The position numbers were made by a program, and so were the translations under genes. Positions 31,749 through 42,237 of a stretch of 64,000 nucleotides of DNA are shown here, in pieces. The stretch comes from an uncultured Methylomirabilota bacterium (lineage in GTDB: Bacteria > Methylomirabilota > Methylomirabilia > Methylomirabilales > 2-02-FULL-66-22). The DNA lies in NCBI GenBank assembly GCA_963705305.1, contig OY970067.1, positions 3,520,001-3,584,000 on the forward strand. The letters run 5' to 3'. Numbering within the stretch: the stretch's first letter is position 1; the number at the start of each line of letters is the position of its first letter. The notes below the pieces were generated by a model. It did no database searches. It saw only the letters and a program-made list of their open reading frames with translations, and had not been told where the DNA came from.

Positions 31749-32019
31749 CGGGGGCGGACTGGCCCGTTGGCGCGGCTCTAGGCAGGAGGTCGGAGCCTCC
31801 AGGGAGCGGAGTGGCTGTCGTTCTCAGTGGACCGAAATTCCCTCTGCGACCTGGTGAGGCGGGTGAAAGCAACGCAGGCGCTCACGGGTTCATCGCTTTT
31901 CTGGCTGGCCGGGTATGCGCCCTCCATGGCGGCCAGCGCTGGCGCGTTCCTCCGGACACGAAGTCGCCCCCGCCCCGGCGTGGACTGTTCACGGTGAGGA
32001 CCGCCGCGAAGGACATGTT

Positions 32020-33012
32020 ATGAGCCACACCCCTGCGTCGACGGACGAATTCCTGCTCCAGATCGCCGATCTGGAGACGCATTTCATCACCGAGGCGGGC
32101 ACGGTGCGGGCGGTGGACGGCGTGAGCCTCACCATCCGGAAGGGGGAGACGCTGGGCGTCGTCGGGGAATCGGGGTGCGGGAAGAGCGTCACGGCGCTGT
32201 CCATCCTCCGGCTGATCCCCACCCCCCCGGGAAAGATTACGGGCGGCAGCATCCGGCTGGGCGGGCGCAACCTGTTGGAGCTCTCCGATGGGGAAATGCG
32301 CAAGGTGCGCGGCGGCTCCATCTCCATGATCTTCCAGGAGCCCATGACCTCCCTCAACCCCGTCTTCACCGTGGGCGACCAGATTGCCGAGGGGATCCGT
32401 CTGCACCAGGGGCTGTCCAAGCGCGAGTCCTGGAACAAGGCCATCGAGATGCTGCGCCTCGTGCGCATCCCGGACGCCGAGCGCCGGGTGAAGGAGTACC
32501 CGCACCAGATGTCCGGCGGGATGCGCCAGCGGGTCATGATCGGCATGGCCCTGTCCTGCAATCCCCAGCTCCTCATCGCCGACGAGCCGACGACCGCGCT
32601 GGACGTGACCATCCAGGCCCAGATCCTGGAGCTCTTGAACCAGCTGAAGGCCGAGCTGGGCATGGCGGTCATGCTCATCACGCATGACCTGGGGGTGGTG
32701 GCCGACACGGCCGCCCGCGTGGCGGTGATGTACGCCGGCCGCGTGGTGGAGGAGGCCCCGGTCCTCGAGCTCTTCACGCACCCCAAGCACCCGTACACGC
32801 AGGGCCTCCTGGCCTCCATTCCCCGCATCGAGAAGGCGGCGCGCCGGCCCCGCCTGCAGGCCATTCCCGGCATGGTGCCGGACCTGCTGGACCTGCCGCC
32901 GGGCTGCAAGTTCCAGGCGCGCTGCGCCCAGGTCTTCGACCCGTGTCGCGGCGAGGAGCCGCCGCTGAAGACGGTCGGGCCGGAGCATTGCGCGCGCTGC
33001 TATCTGTACTGA
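32020..33012 (+). CDS. Peptide ABC transporter ATP-binding protein (DppD/OppD-like)
   Basis: [31 protein letters not shown]-terminal Cys motif. Confidence 0.95.
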   Translation: MSHTPASTDEFLLQIADLETHFITEAGTVRAVDGVSLTIRKGETLGVVGESGCGKSVTALSILRLIPTPPGKITGGSIRLGGRNLLELSDGEMRKVRGGSISMIFQEPMTSLNPVFTVGDQIAEGIRLHQGLSKRESWNKAIEMLRLVRIPDAERRVKEYPHQMSGGMRQRVMIGMALSCNPQLLIADEPTTALDVTIQAQILELLNQLKAELGMAVMLITHDLGVVADTAARVAVMYAGRVVEEAPVLELFTHPKHPYTQGLLASIPRIEKAARRPRLQAIPGMVPDLLDLPPGCKFQARCAQVFDPCRGEEPPLKTVGPEHCARCYLY

Positions 33013-33023
33013 AGGGTGCCCCT

Positions 33024-33995
33024 ATGGCCAACGACGTGTTGCTCGGCGTCCACAACCTGCAGAAGCACTTCGAGATCAAGCGGGGCTTCTTCTGGGGGGA
33101 GCCGGCCAAGGTCCACGCCGTCGACGGCGTGAGCTTCGAGCTGCGGCGCGGAGAAACCCTGGGGCTGGTGGGGGAGTCCGGCTGCGGCAAATCGACCACG
33201 GGCCGGCTGATCCTGCGCCTCATCGAGCCGACCGCCGGCGAGGTGCACTTCGAGCAGGTCCCCATCTTCCAGGCCGGCAAGCGCGAGATGCGGAGCCTGC
33301 GCCAGCGAATGCAGATCATCTTCCAGGACCCGTACTCCTCCCTCAACCCCCGGATGACGGTCGAGCAGATCGTGGGGGAGGGGATCGTGATCCACAAGCT
33401 CTGCCACAGCAAAGCCGAGCGGCGCGCGCGCGTGGCCGACCTGCTGCAGCAGGTCGGCCTGAGCCCGGAGCAGATGCACCGCTACCCGCACGAGTTCAGC
33501 GGCGGCCAGCGCCAACGGGTGGGGATCGCGCGGGCCCTGGCGGTGAACCCCAAGCTCATCATCGCCGACGAGCCGATCTCCGCGCTGGATGTGTCCATTC
33601 AGGCCCAGGTCATCAATCTGCTGGAGGACCTCCAGGAACAGTTCAACCTGACCTACCTCTTCATTGCCCATGATCTGCGGGTGGTGGAGCACATCAGCGA
33701 CCGCGTGGCGGTCATGTACCTGGGCCAGATCGTCGAGCTGGCGGACAGCGAAGAGCTGTACGCCAAGCCGCTGCACCCCTACACGGAGGCCCTCCTCTCG
33801 GCCATCCCCATCCCCGATCCGACCACCAAGCGGCGGCGGATCATCTTGGAGGGCGATCCCCCCAGCCCGATCCATCCCCCGCCGGGGTGTCGGTTCCACA
33901 CGCGGTGCCACAAGCGGTTCGAGCGCTGTGACAAGGACGCGCCGGTTCTGCGCGAAGTCGCTCCGCGGCACTGGGTGTCCTGCCACCTGTATTAA
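33024..33995 (+). CDS. Peptide ABC transporter ATP-binding protein (DppF/OppF-like)
   Basis: [39 protein letters not shown]. Confidence 0.95.
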   Translation: MANDVLLGVHNLQKHFEIKRGFFWGEPAKVHAVDGVSFELRRGETLGLVGESGCGKSTTGRLILRLIEPTAGEVHFEQVPIFQAGKREMRSLRQRMQIIFQDPYSSLNPRMTVEQIVGEGIVIHKLCHSKAERRARVADLLQQVGLSPEQMHRYPHEFSGGQRQRVGIARALAVNPKLIIADEPISALDVSIQAQVINLLEDLQEQFNLTYLFIAHDLRVVEHISDRVAVMYLGQIVELADSEELYAKPLHPYTEALLSAIPIPDPTTKRRRIILEGDPPSPIHPPPGCRFHTRCHKRFERCDKDAPVLREVAPRHWVSCHLY

Positions 33996-34038
33996 GGGAC
34001 GGTATTATGGCGATCTAAACGTCGAAAGGAGAACGCGC

Positions 34039-35397
34039 ATGGAAACTTGGAATGTGTCGTCGCTTGTGAAGGAAGATCACGAGCATCTTCTCCATCCCCT
34101 TCAACACCCGGCGGATCACGCCGCCCCCCACATCTGGGTCCGGGGGAAGGGGGCCGTCCTGGTGGATGCCGAGGGCCGCGAGTTCCTCGACGGCCTCGCC
34201 TGCCTCTGGAACGTGAACGTGGGCCACGGGCGCCGGGAGTTGGCCGAGGCCGCGGCCGAGCAGATGGCGACCCTGGCCTACTCGACGAACTACGTCGGCT
34301 CCTCCAACGTGCCCGCGATCCAGCTCGCCCGCCGGCTCACGGAACTCGCCTACCCGAACCTCGTGGCGACCTACTTCGCCAGCGGGGGGGCGGAGGCCGA
34401 CGAGAGCGCCTTCAAGACCGCCCGCTTCTACTGGAAGGCCAAGGGGCAGCCGCAGAAGGTGAAGGTGATCTCCCGCCAGTTCGGCTACCACGGGGTCACC
34501 CTGGCGACCATGAGCGCCACCGCCGTCCCGGGGTACGGGAGGATGTTCGAACCCCTCGTCCCCAACTTCATCCATACCGCCACCCCGTACCCGTACCGGC
34601 TTGAAGGGGTGCGGCCGGGGGAGACCGTGGGGCAGGCGGCGGCGCGCATGCTGGAGGAGACCATCCGGGCGGAGGGGCCGGAGACGGTGGCCGCGTTCAT
34701 CGCGGAGCCGGTGCAGGGGGCCGGCGGGGTCATCGTCCCCCCGGCCGACTACTTCCCCTTGGTCCGCCAGATCTGCACCAAGCACGAGGTCCTCTTCATC
34801 GCCGACGAGGTCATCACCGGCTTCGGCCGCACCGGGGACTGGTTTGCCCTGAAGCGGTGGGGCGTCCAGCCGGACATCCTCGCCTTCGCGAAGGGGGTCA
34901 CCAGCGGCTACCTCCCCCTCGGGGGGATCATGGTGTCGCAGCCCATCCTGGAGACGCTCCTCGCGGCCCCCTACGCCGACCGCTGGATGCACGCCTACAC
35001 CTACTCGGGGCACGCCACCTGCTGTGCGGTCGGCCTCCGGAACCTGGAGATCATCGAGAAGGAGGGCCTGGTGGAGAACGCCGCGACGATGGGCGCCCGG
35101 CTCCTCGCCGGCATGGAGACGCTGCGGGACCTGCGGGCCGTCGGGGACGTGCGCGGCCTGGGGCTCATGGTGGGGGTGGAGCTGGTGGCCGACCGCGCCA
35201 CCAAGGCCACCTTCGACCCCGCCAAGAAGGTCATCAACAAGGTGCGGGCCGAGCTGGAGGCCCGTGGCGTGTTCACCCGGGCCATGCGGGACATCCTCGC
35301 CTACGCGCCGCCCCTCGTGATCACCGCCGCCCAGGTGGACAGGCTGGTGGCCGCCACCCGGGACGCCATCACCGCCGTGCTGCCCGAGCGGGCCTGA
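34039..35397 (+). CDS. Class III PLP-dependent aminotransferase (omega-amine type)
   Basis: LWNVNVGHG, SGGAEA, GYHG, EPVQGAGG, DEVITGFGRTG, AKGVTSGY. Confidence 0.93.
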   Translation: METWNVSSLVKEDHEHLLHPLQHPADHAAPHIWVRGKGAVLVDAEGREFLDGLACLWNVNVGHGRRELAEAAAEQMATLAYSTNYVGSSNVPAIQLARRLTELAYPNLVATYFASGGAEADESAFKTARFYWKAKGQPQKVKVISRQFGYHGVTLATMSATAVPGYGRMFEPLVPNFIHTATPYPYRLEGVRPGETVGQAAARMLEETIRAEGPETVAAFIAEPVQGAGGVIVPPADYFPLVRQICTKHEVLFIADEVITGFGRTGDWFALKRWGVQPDILAFAKGVTSGYLPLGGIMVSQPILETLLAAPYADRWMHAYTYSGHATCCAVGLRNLEIIEKEGLVENAATMGARLLAGMETLRDLRAVGDVRGLGLMVGVELVADRATKATFDPAKKVINKVRAELEARGVFTRAMRDILAYAPPLVITAAQVDRLVAATRDAITAVLPERA

Positions 35398-35426
35398 CGT
35401 CCGGGGAGGAGACTGGAGCAGAGGCC

Positions 35427-36260
35427 GTGAGCCAGCAGAGAGCCTTTGACGGGAAGGTCGCGTTCGTGACCGGCTCCTCCCGGGGGATCGGACGCGTCAT
35501 CGCCACCCACCTGGCGAACCTGGGAGCGTCGGTCGCCATCCAGGGGACGACGCCCACCTCCACGCGCGCCTTCGGGGAGGCCGATTCGCTTGCAACGGTG
35601 GCTCGGACGATCGAGGCGGAAACCAGGAGCAGGGTGTTTGCTGTGCATGGGGACCTCACCGACCCTAGCGTGGTCCGAGAGATGGTGCGGTTCGTGTGCG
35701 CGAACCTCGGTCCCATCGACATCCTGGTGACCTGTGCCGGTGGGGACATCGGGGCCGCTGGTACCAGCGGCCCGCGAGCGGGGAAGCCTAGCCAGAATGA
35801 CGCCCTCGCGATCTCCTACGAAGACCTCCGCGCCGTGCTCGACCGCAATCTCATGACCTGCATCCTCGTCTGCCGGGAAACGGTCCCCGGGATGGTCGAG
35901 CGCCGCCGAGGGCGGGTGGTCACCATCGGAAGCGTGGATGGGCTGATGGGGCAGGCCGAGAGCGCCATGTACGCCGCCGCGAAGGCCGCGGTTCATGCGT
36001 ACACGCGCTGTTTGGCGGTCATGCTGCGGCCCCACAACGTAACGGCCAACGTTGTGGCACCCGGCGACATCGTCACCCCCCGCTTCGTGGCCAGCCGCGC
36101 CATAGACGCCGCGAGAATGGAGGCGCCGGGTACGCTTGAGGGTTACGGCACCCCGATCGAGGTCGCGCACGCGGTGGCCTTCCTCGCCTCGGAGGAGGCA
36201 GGCTACATCACCGGACAGGTGCTTCGGGTCGACGGCGGTCTGCAGTGCTTCGCAGGTTGA
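35427..36260 (+). CDS. Short-chain dehydrogenase/reductase
   Basis: TGSSRGIG, YAAAK, NVVAPG, ITGQVLRVDGG. Confidence 0.92.
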   Translation: MSQQRAFDGKVAFVTGSSRGIGRVIATHLANLGASVAIQGTTPTSTRAFGEADSLATVARTIEAETRSRVFAVHGDLTDPSVVREMVRFVCANLGPIDILVTCAGGDIGAAGTSGPRAGKPSQNDALAISYEDLRAVLDRNLMTCILVCRETVPGMVERRRGRVVTIGSVDGLMGQAESAMYAAAKAAVHAYTRCLAVMLRPHNVTANVVAPGDIVTPRFVASRAIDAARMEAPGTLEGYGTPIEVAHAVAFLASEEAGYITGQVLRVDGGLQCFAG

Positions 36261-36344
36261 GCCGCGGGACGCTCTCCGGATTGTGGCCGAGGGTCTCTGG
36301 CGAGAGGGACAGAAGACGACTAGAGAGGGAAGGCCCGGGGAAGA

Positions 36345-37175
36345 ATGGCGAAGATAAAGATTGGCTACGTCGTGGCAACCCCTGAGGTCCGCCCGGATGA
36401 AGGTGTGACCGCCTATCAGGGGGACACGGGGACGGCCTTCCGCAGGCTCCGGGAGCTCGGGTACGATGGAGCAGAGCTGATGATCTGCGACCCGGCTTGT
36501 CTGGACCGTGCGATGGTGGAACGGCTCGCCCGGGAACACCGAATGGAGATACCGGCGCTGTGCACAGGAGAGGTGTTCGGTCAGGATCGGCTGTCCTTCA
36601 TGGATCCGGATGAGGGAATTCGGCACGAGGCGGTCCAGCGCATGAAGAAAATCATCGATTTCGCCTCGGGGTTCGGGGCCCAGGTGAATGTCGGAAGACT
36701 CCGGGGGCAGTTTCATCCGGAAATCCCCCGCGAGCGCTCACGCTCTTGGATGTTTGCCGCTTGCCAGACGGTGACAGATCACGCGGCCGCACGGGGAGTT
36801 ACGATTACGATCGAGCCGATCCCCCGCGTGGAGTGGAACAACATCTTCGACATCCGGGAGGGCATTGAGGTGGTGCGCGAAATGGGGCGGGAAAACTTCC
36901 GTCTGATGGCGGATGTCTACGCCATGAACATCGAGGAGAAATCGATCGCCCAGAGCTTCCGCGAGGCAAAACCGTACCTGTCACACATCCACATCTCTGA
37001 TTCAAACCGCCTGGCCCCTGGCGGCGGGAATCTGGACTTCCCGAAAATTGCCGAAGCGATTCGGGCGATCGACTATCGCGGCTACGTCTCGGCTGAAATC
37101 CTCCAATCTCCCAGTCAGGATATAGCCATGGAGACAAGCATCCAAGTTCTGAGACCTCTCTTAGCGGATCGGTAA
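36345..37175 (+). CDS. Sugar phosphate isomerase/epimerase (xylose-isomerase-like TIM barrel, IolO-like)
   Basis: GYDGAEL, IEP, D.YAMNIEE, HIHISDSNRLAPG.G.LDF, SAE. Confidence 0.88.
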   Translation: MAKIKIGYVVATPEVRPDEGVTAYQGDTGTAFRRLRELGYDGAELMICDPACLDRAMVERLAREHRMEIPALCTGEVFGQDRLSFMDPDEGIRHEAVQRMKKIIDFASGFGAQVNVGRLRGQFHPEIPRERSRSWMFAACQTVTDHAAARGVTITIEPIPRVEWNNIFDIREGIEVVREMGRENFRLMADVYAMNIEEKSIAQSFREAKPYLSHIHISDSNRLAPGGGNLDFPKIAEAIRAIDYRGYVSAEILQSPSQDIAMETSIQVLRPLLADR

Positions 37176-37281
37176 GCACTGCTAGAAAAAGCGCAACCGG
37201 GGCATCTCCATGAAAGGTTAGATTCTTAGCTGCTGTGGGGCCATCCATGTCTCCATTTGGGGTCCGCTCCCCAGTTCCTTA

Positions 37282-37417
37282 CCCTCATGCTCTCTCCGAT
37301 TTTCGCTCCACCTGATTGACGGGGGTCCCGGCAAGGCTCAAATGGAGCTTTGAGTCCCGCTGGGCCCCGGGCCATTACTCACGCCAACTCACGCGTCGGG
37401 GTTTGAGGAACATCGGC
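37282..37417. repeat. 136-bp diverged direct repeat, copy A, with conserved hairpin
   Basis: Colinear with 51441-51576 (offset 14159). Confidence 0.75.
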
Positions 37418-37766
37418 CCTGGTTCCTCTACATTCGTCATCAGCGTACCGCTGGATCTGCGTCTCCACCAGCGGCAAGCTGCCCGCCTCGGAGATTCTCT
37501 TTTCGGCCACAGGACCCTCCCACAGGATGCCCATCGGGCCTGCCCGGCCCAGTTTCAGGATCGAGCCGGCGACCGCCGATCCATCCCAGTGCCCGGAGGT
37601 GCTGGGCGGGGTGGACCAATCGGTGGGAGCGAGCCAATGGAAGCTGTCTGATTCCGATTGACGCCCCATGGAGGCTCCGATACGCTTTTGTGTGCCATCC
37701 AAATCCACTGGACGCGATTTCAACCGCGCCAATGCTCTCGGTCGTGTGCCATTGGGGAGACGCAGA

Positions 37767-38243
37767 GTGGAACCCGATATTCGTGAAGCAGCGGATGACG
37801 ACCTCGAAGCGATCCTGTGCGTGTACCGCGAAGCCGGCTTAGACACTGCTGGAGGCCTGTCCGTCGCCCAGGCGCGTGCCATTCGCGACAGAATGCGCGC
37901 CTACCCGAACTACCACCTCTACGTCGCGGTGACTCAAGGACGCGTCTGCGGCACATTCGCGCTCCTCATCATGGACAACCTCGCCCATGGCGGACTGCCC
38001 TCGGGGGTGGTGGAAGACGTCGCAGTCCTACCGTCCTTCCAAGGCAAAGGAATCGGGAAGGCCATGATGCATTTTGCGATGCAGCAGTGCAAGCGCGCTG
38101 GGTGCTACAAGCTGACCCTCTCCAGCAACCAGACCCGAGAAGCCGCACACAAATTCTACGAATCGCTCGGCTTTGTGCGCCACGGGTATAGTTTCCAAGT
38201 CGACCTTGAGCAGGCCGCCGACCCGTCCGCTGGGTCAGGGTGA
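37767..38243 (+). CDS. GNAT family N-acetyltransferase
   Basis: VEDVAV, QGKGIGK, GCYKLTLSSN..RE.AH.FYESLGF. Confidence 0.9.
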   Translation: MEPDIREAADDDLEAILCVYREAGLDTAGGLSVAQARAIRDRMRAYPNYHLYVAVTQGRVCGTFALLIMDNLAHGGLPSGVVEDVAVLPSFQGKGIGKAMMHFAMQQCKRAGCYKLTLSSNQTREAAHKFYESLGFVRHGYSFQVDLEQAADPSAGSG

Positions 38244-38599
38244 TTCGTGCGACCGAAGCAGGGATCGACCCTCGCCCGCCGGGCCACCGAAGCCTGCTTC
38301 ACAGGACGCCAACGCTCGACGCAAGGTTCACCCCAAGAGGGACACTGGATTTGTGGCTTCATTACATGGCCAATGAAGGCCTTGTGGTGACGTGGGTGCC
38401 CGACCCGTTGGCGATCCGCATCAGTCTCCTCCAAATCGACAATTCGCCTCAATCCGTGCTTCCACACCGCCTAGCTCGCGCCGTCACGTCATCGCTTGTC
38501 TCTTGACGTTCCTCCGACTACGGTAGCGGGGCCTGCGGTCCGCAAGGGTGATTAGCTCAGTGGTCTTGAGTCACTGGATTTGTGATTTCACTACATGGC

Positions 38600-38639
38600 C
38601 AATGAACTACCCCGCGGCTTGCCGCGGGGTAGTTCATTG
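38600..38639. repeat. REP-like perfect palindrome
   Basis: CAATGAACTACCCCGCGGC-TT-GCCGCGGGGTAGTTCATTG. Confidence 0.75.
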
Positions 38640-38699
38640 AGGACGGAGCCAATCCTCTTACCTCTATAGTGCGGAGTCTGATACAGTTCTATCCAATGA

Positions 38700-38760
38700 C
38701 ACTTGACAAAAATGGAATATATTATAACATATAACATATACGAAATTAATTTTAACAGTT
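38700..38760 (+). promoter_or_regulatory. AT-rich promoter/operator upstream of GntR
   Basis: TTGACA at 38703, TAACAT at 38725; tandem TATAACA repeats as candidate operator. Confidence 0.55.
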
Positions 38761-38782
38761 CCGATCCAAGTCTTTATCGTTC

Positions 38783-39553
38783 ATGGGTATGGAAGCAGCC
38801 GCTACTCCAGCAATAGGCTCATGGAGTCTAGCCTTGGAACTGATGAGTTCATTTGAATCAACAGGATACGCCACAAATGCGAAAGACGATGGAGGAGAGG
38901 AAACCTACGCTTCCCTCTCTGAAATAACCTACCGGAGGATTCGCCGGTCGATCCTTCGCGGCGAGTTTCCGCCTGGCGCGAGTATTACCGAGGCCGAGTT
39001 GGCCAGCAGATTCCACGTCAGCAAAACGCCGGTCCGGGAAGCGTTGCGCCGCTTGGGACAGGAGGGGTTGATCGTCGCAGTCCCCCATCGCGGCGCCAAG
39101 GTGGCGGGGCTCACGCGGGCAGACCTTGAGGAGATCTACCTCATGCGGAGTCGCCTGGAGAGCTTGGCGGCCCGGCTCGCGGCGGAGCGACTTACGGCGG
39201 AAGACGCGGCAGAATTTCAGTCGATTCTTGCCGAATTGCAGGCGCAGACGGCCGCCGGCAATACCGACGCCATCCGTCGGCTCAACGTCACCCTGCATGA
39301 GCAGATCTGGCGCACTAGCCGGAGCCAGCGCCTGGCCCAAACGCTCTCGAATCTCCAGGATTACATCGAGATGTCTCGGGCCACAAAGCTCTCGGTGCCC
39401 CGAGGGAGCGAGCTTCTGTTCGAGGAGAACGCGCGTATCGTTCAGGCCATCCTGGCCAAAGACCCGGACCGAGCAGAACAGGCAATGATCCAGCATATCG
39501 CCTATGTGCTAGGCGAGCTTCGCAGCGGGAATCCGTCAGCTTCGGAGGGCTAG
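38783..39553 (+). CDS. GntR family regulator (FCD domain)
   Basis: VSKTPVREAL HTH, E.Y..R..LE, N..LH; start may be further downstream. Confidence 0.9.
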   Translation: MGMEAAATPAIGSWSLALELMSSFESTGYATNAKDDGGEETYASLSEITYRRIRRSILRGEFPPGASITEAELASRFHVSKTPVREALRRLGQEGLIVAVPHRGAKVAGLTRADLEEIYLMRSRLESLAARLAAERLTAEDAAEFQSILAELQAQTAAGNTDAIRRLNVTLHEQIWRTSRSQRLAQTLSNLQDYIEMSRATKLSVPRGSELLFEENARIVQAILAKDPDRAEQAMIQHIAYVLGELRSGNPSASEG

Positions 39554-39557
39554 TCCC

Positions 39558-40907
39558 GTGCCACAACACATTCAGGTTGTGCACTACATCAACCAGTTTT
39601 TCGCGGGGATCGGCGGGGAGGCGGTGGCGAACACGCCCGTGGAGCTGCGGCCGGGACCGGTGGGGCCGGGCCGGCTCCTCCAGGATGCGCTCGGGGCAGC
39701 AGCGCACGTCGCGGCCACGATCGTCTGCGGCGACAACTTCTTCAACGACGAACGGGAGCGCGCCTCTGCACGGGTCCGCGAGATCGTCCGTGAGGTGAAG
39801 CCGGCCATCGTGATTGCGGGGCCAGCGTTCGAGGCGGGGCGCTACGGGGTGGCCTGCACCGAGGTGTGCGCGATCGCCCAAAGCGAGGGGATCCCCGCGC
39901 TGACGGCGATGCACCCTGAGAACCCGGGGGTGGCCCTCCACCGCCAGGACGTGACGATCCTCCCCACGGGAAAGAGCCCCGTCGAGATGCCCACGGCGGT
40001 TCAGCGGCTGGCGCGCCTCGGCCTTCGCCTCGCGCACGGGGAAACACTGGGACCTGCAGAGGTCGAGGGTTACCTGCCGCACGGCATCCGCCGGCTCGGC
40101 CGGCGCGAGCGGCCCGGGTACCTGCGCGCGGTGGAGATGCTCGTCGCGAAGCTCGCCAATCAGCCGTTCCAGAGCGAGGTGCCGTACCAGGCGCCCGAGG
40201 CGGTCTCGCCGGCCGCGCCGGTGCGAGATCTGCGCACAGCCTCGATCGCCCTCGTCACCACCGGCGGCCTCGTCCCAAAGGGCAACCCGGAGAAGCAGAC
40301 ATCGGGCAACCCGCAACGGTTCTACGGCTACCCGGTGGAGCGGCTCGAGCGGATGCGGCCCGGCGATTGGGAGGCGTACCACGCGGGCTACTTCACGCAC
40401 ATCGTGGATGCGAACCCGGACTATGTCCTGCCACTCGGCTTCCTGCGCGAGCTCGAGGCGGCCGGCCTGATTGGCGGGATCTCCCCGAAGGTCTACACCC
40501 TGCCCGGCGTGAGCACCCCGGTGGCGAGGTCGCGAGGGCTCGGCCTCGGCATCGCGGAGGAGCTGCGGAAGGCCAACGCGGGGGGCTGCATCCTCGTCTC
40601 GACCTGAGGGACGTGCAATCGTTGCGGGGCAACGATCGCCAAGGAAGTCGAGCGGGTCGGCATCCCCGTGGCCATGATTTCGGCCATCTACGACCTGGCG
40701 CTCACCACCGGGGCGAGCCGGGTCGTCCGGGGCTGCCGGATTGAGCATGTGTGCGGCAATCCCGAGCTGGGGCCGGAAAAGGATCATGCCTACGGCCTCC
40801 AGATCGTCCGGACGGCCCTGCGGGCCCTGCAGACCCCCGTGGAGCGCCCGACGCTCTTCGATCCGCTGAAGGACGAGGTCTCGAACGAGGTGCGCCATGA
40901 GGCTTGA
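39558..40907 (+). CDS. grdB: Glycine/betaine/sarcosine reductase selenoprotein B (449 aa, Sec at codon 350, TGA 40605-40607)
   Basis: VVHYINQFFAGIGGE, GPAFEAGRYG, VTTGGLVPKGNP; in-frame TGA in ILVST-U-GTCNRCGA continues in frame to 40907; SECIS-like hairpin follows. Confidence 0.93.
40618..40636 (+). promoter_or_regulatory. Putative SECIS element of grdB
   Basis: ATCGTTGC-GGG-GCAACGAT, 10 nt after UGA. Confidence 0.7.
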
Positions 40908-42207
40908 ACTGGGCACGTTTCCCGTCCGCGAGGTTGCATTTGGTCCTGAGACCCGGTATCACAGCGGGATGCTGGAGATCGATCGCGCTCGCGTGCTGGG
41001 CGCGGTGCGCGAGGATCCCCGGGTCCGGTCCGCAGACTTGGAGCTGGCGCGGCCCGGCGAGTCCGTCCGCATCTGGCCTGTCCGGGATGTGATCGAGCCC
41101 CGTGTCAAGGTCCAGGGGCCTGGGGTCGCCTACCCCGGCGTGTGCGGGCGAGCCGTCGGCGTCGTCGGTCAGGGACGCACCCACCGGCTCGCGGGCGTCG
41201 GCGTGGTGGAAGTCTCGAATGTCAACTGGCACGACGCGGGCGGCGACTTCGTCGACCTCTACCTGGACATGTCCGGCCCGTGGGCAGAGCTCCTGCCGCT
41301 GGCCAAGCTGCAGAACGTCTGCCTGGTGGTCGAACCCGACCCCGCGCTCTCCATCGAAGCCCAGAATGACGCGGTCCACAACGCCGCCCTGGTGGTTTCC
41401 GACCGCCTGGCTGAGAGCACACGCGCACTCGAGCCGCCCGAACTGCAGGTCCTCGACCTCGAGGCCCGCACGAATCCGGCCCTGCCCAGCGTGGTCTACA
41501 TCTGGTGCCTCCATTCCCCACAGGGGATGTCGAATGCTCTGAACACGTTCTGCACGGCGACCTACGGGCTCACGCGGCTCACGCCGCCATGGGTGCTCCA
41601 CCCCAACGAGGTGGTGGATGGCGCGATCAACGGCCCGTACCGCACGTCGTTCGCCACATCCTGGACCGTGGTCAACAATCCGCTCTTCCTGGAGCTGTAT
41701 CGCCGGCACGGCGTCGACTTCAACTTCCGGGCCGTGCTCGCGTTCCGGACGGAGTGGACCACCCAGCGGGAGAAGGACCTGATGGCCGAGCAGGCGGCGA
41801 AAACGGCCGAGCTGCTGGGGGCGCAGGGGGCGGTGGTCACCTGGGACGCGGGCGGCAACGAGTTCATCGAGGTGATCCACACGGTGCGCGCCTGCGAGCG
41901 CCGGGGGATCAAGACCGTGTTCCTGACCAGCGAAGATTCGCCGGAGGGCGGGGCGCCCACCCTGCTCGAGCCCTGTCCCGAGGCGGACGCGATCGTCACC
42001 ACCGGCTTTTTCAGCACCTCCGTGATGGATCTCGGGCTCCTCCCGGCTGTCCAGCGGGTCATCGGCAATCCGCTGAAGGTCCGCGGGCGCATGCGGGACG
42101 GGGCGATCCCGGAGGCCGGCGCCGCACAGACGGCAACTGCTCTCGCGCCGCCCGGCCGCTACGACGACCACTACGGCTTTGGCACCCTCACCTCTTTCAT
42201 GTACTAG
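40897..42207 (+). CDS. Glycine/sarcosine/betaine reductase component B subunit (GrdE/GrdI-like)
   Basis: MRLELG, ARPGESVRI.PVRDVIEPRVK, GRTH.L.G, DMSGP, HPNEVVDGAI, NNP, GIKTV. Confidence 0.88.
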   Translation: MRLELGTFPVREVAFGPETRYHSGMLEIDRARVLGAVREDPRVRSADLELARPGESVRIWPVRDVIEPRVKVQGPGVAYPGVCGRAVGVVGQGRTHRLAGVGVVEVSNVNWHDAGGDFVDLYLDMSGPWAELLPLAKLQNVCLVVEPDPALSIEAQNDAVHNAALVVSDRLAESTRALEPPELQVLDLEARTNPALPSVVYIWCLHSPQGMSNALNTFCTATYGLTRLTPPWVLHPNEVVDGAINGPYRTSFATSWTVVNNPLFLELYRRHGVDFNFRAVLAFRTEWTTQREKDLMAEQAAKTAELLGAQGAVVTWDAGGNEFIEVIHTVRACERRGIKTVFLTSEDSPEGGAPTLLEPCPEADAIVTTGFFSTSVMDLGLLPAVQRVIGNPLKVRGRMRDGAIPEAGAAQTATALAPPGRYDDHYGFGTLTSFMY

Positions 42208-42237
42208 GGAGCCGTCCGAAGAGCGGAGGTAGTGACG

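Noticed and set aside
37316..37417. c-di-GMP-I riboswitch in the repeat (minus strand CAAACC...GGGACTCAAAGC...TTGCCG)
   Set aside because: No P1 GGCAA partner, no GNRA tetraloop/receptor; the main hairpin is incompatible with that fold
38546..38595. tRNA-like fragment (GGGTGATTAGCTCAGTGG...CTGGATTTGTGATTTCA)
   Set aside because: No T-arm or 3' acceptor strand; the duplicate at 38343 looks like coding remnant; not tRNA-Sec
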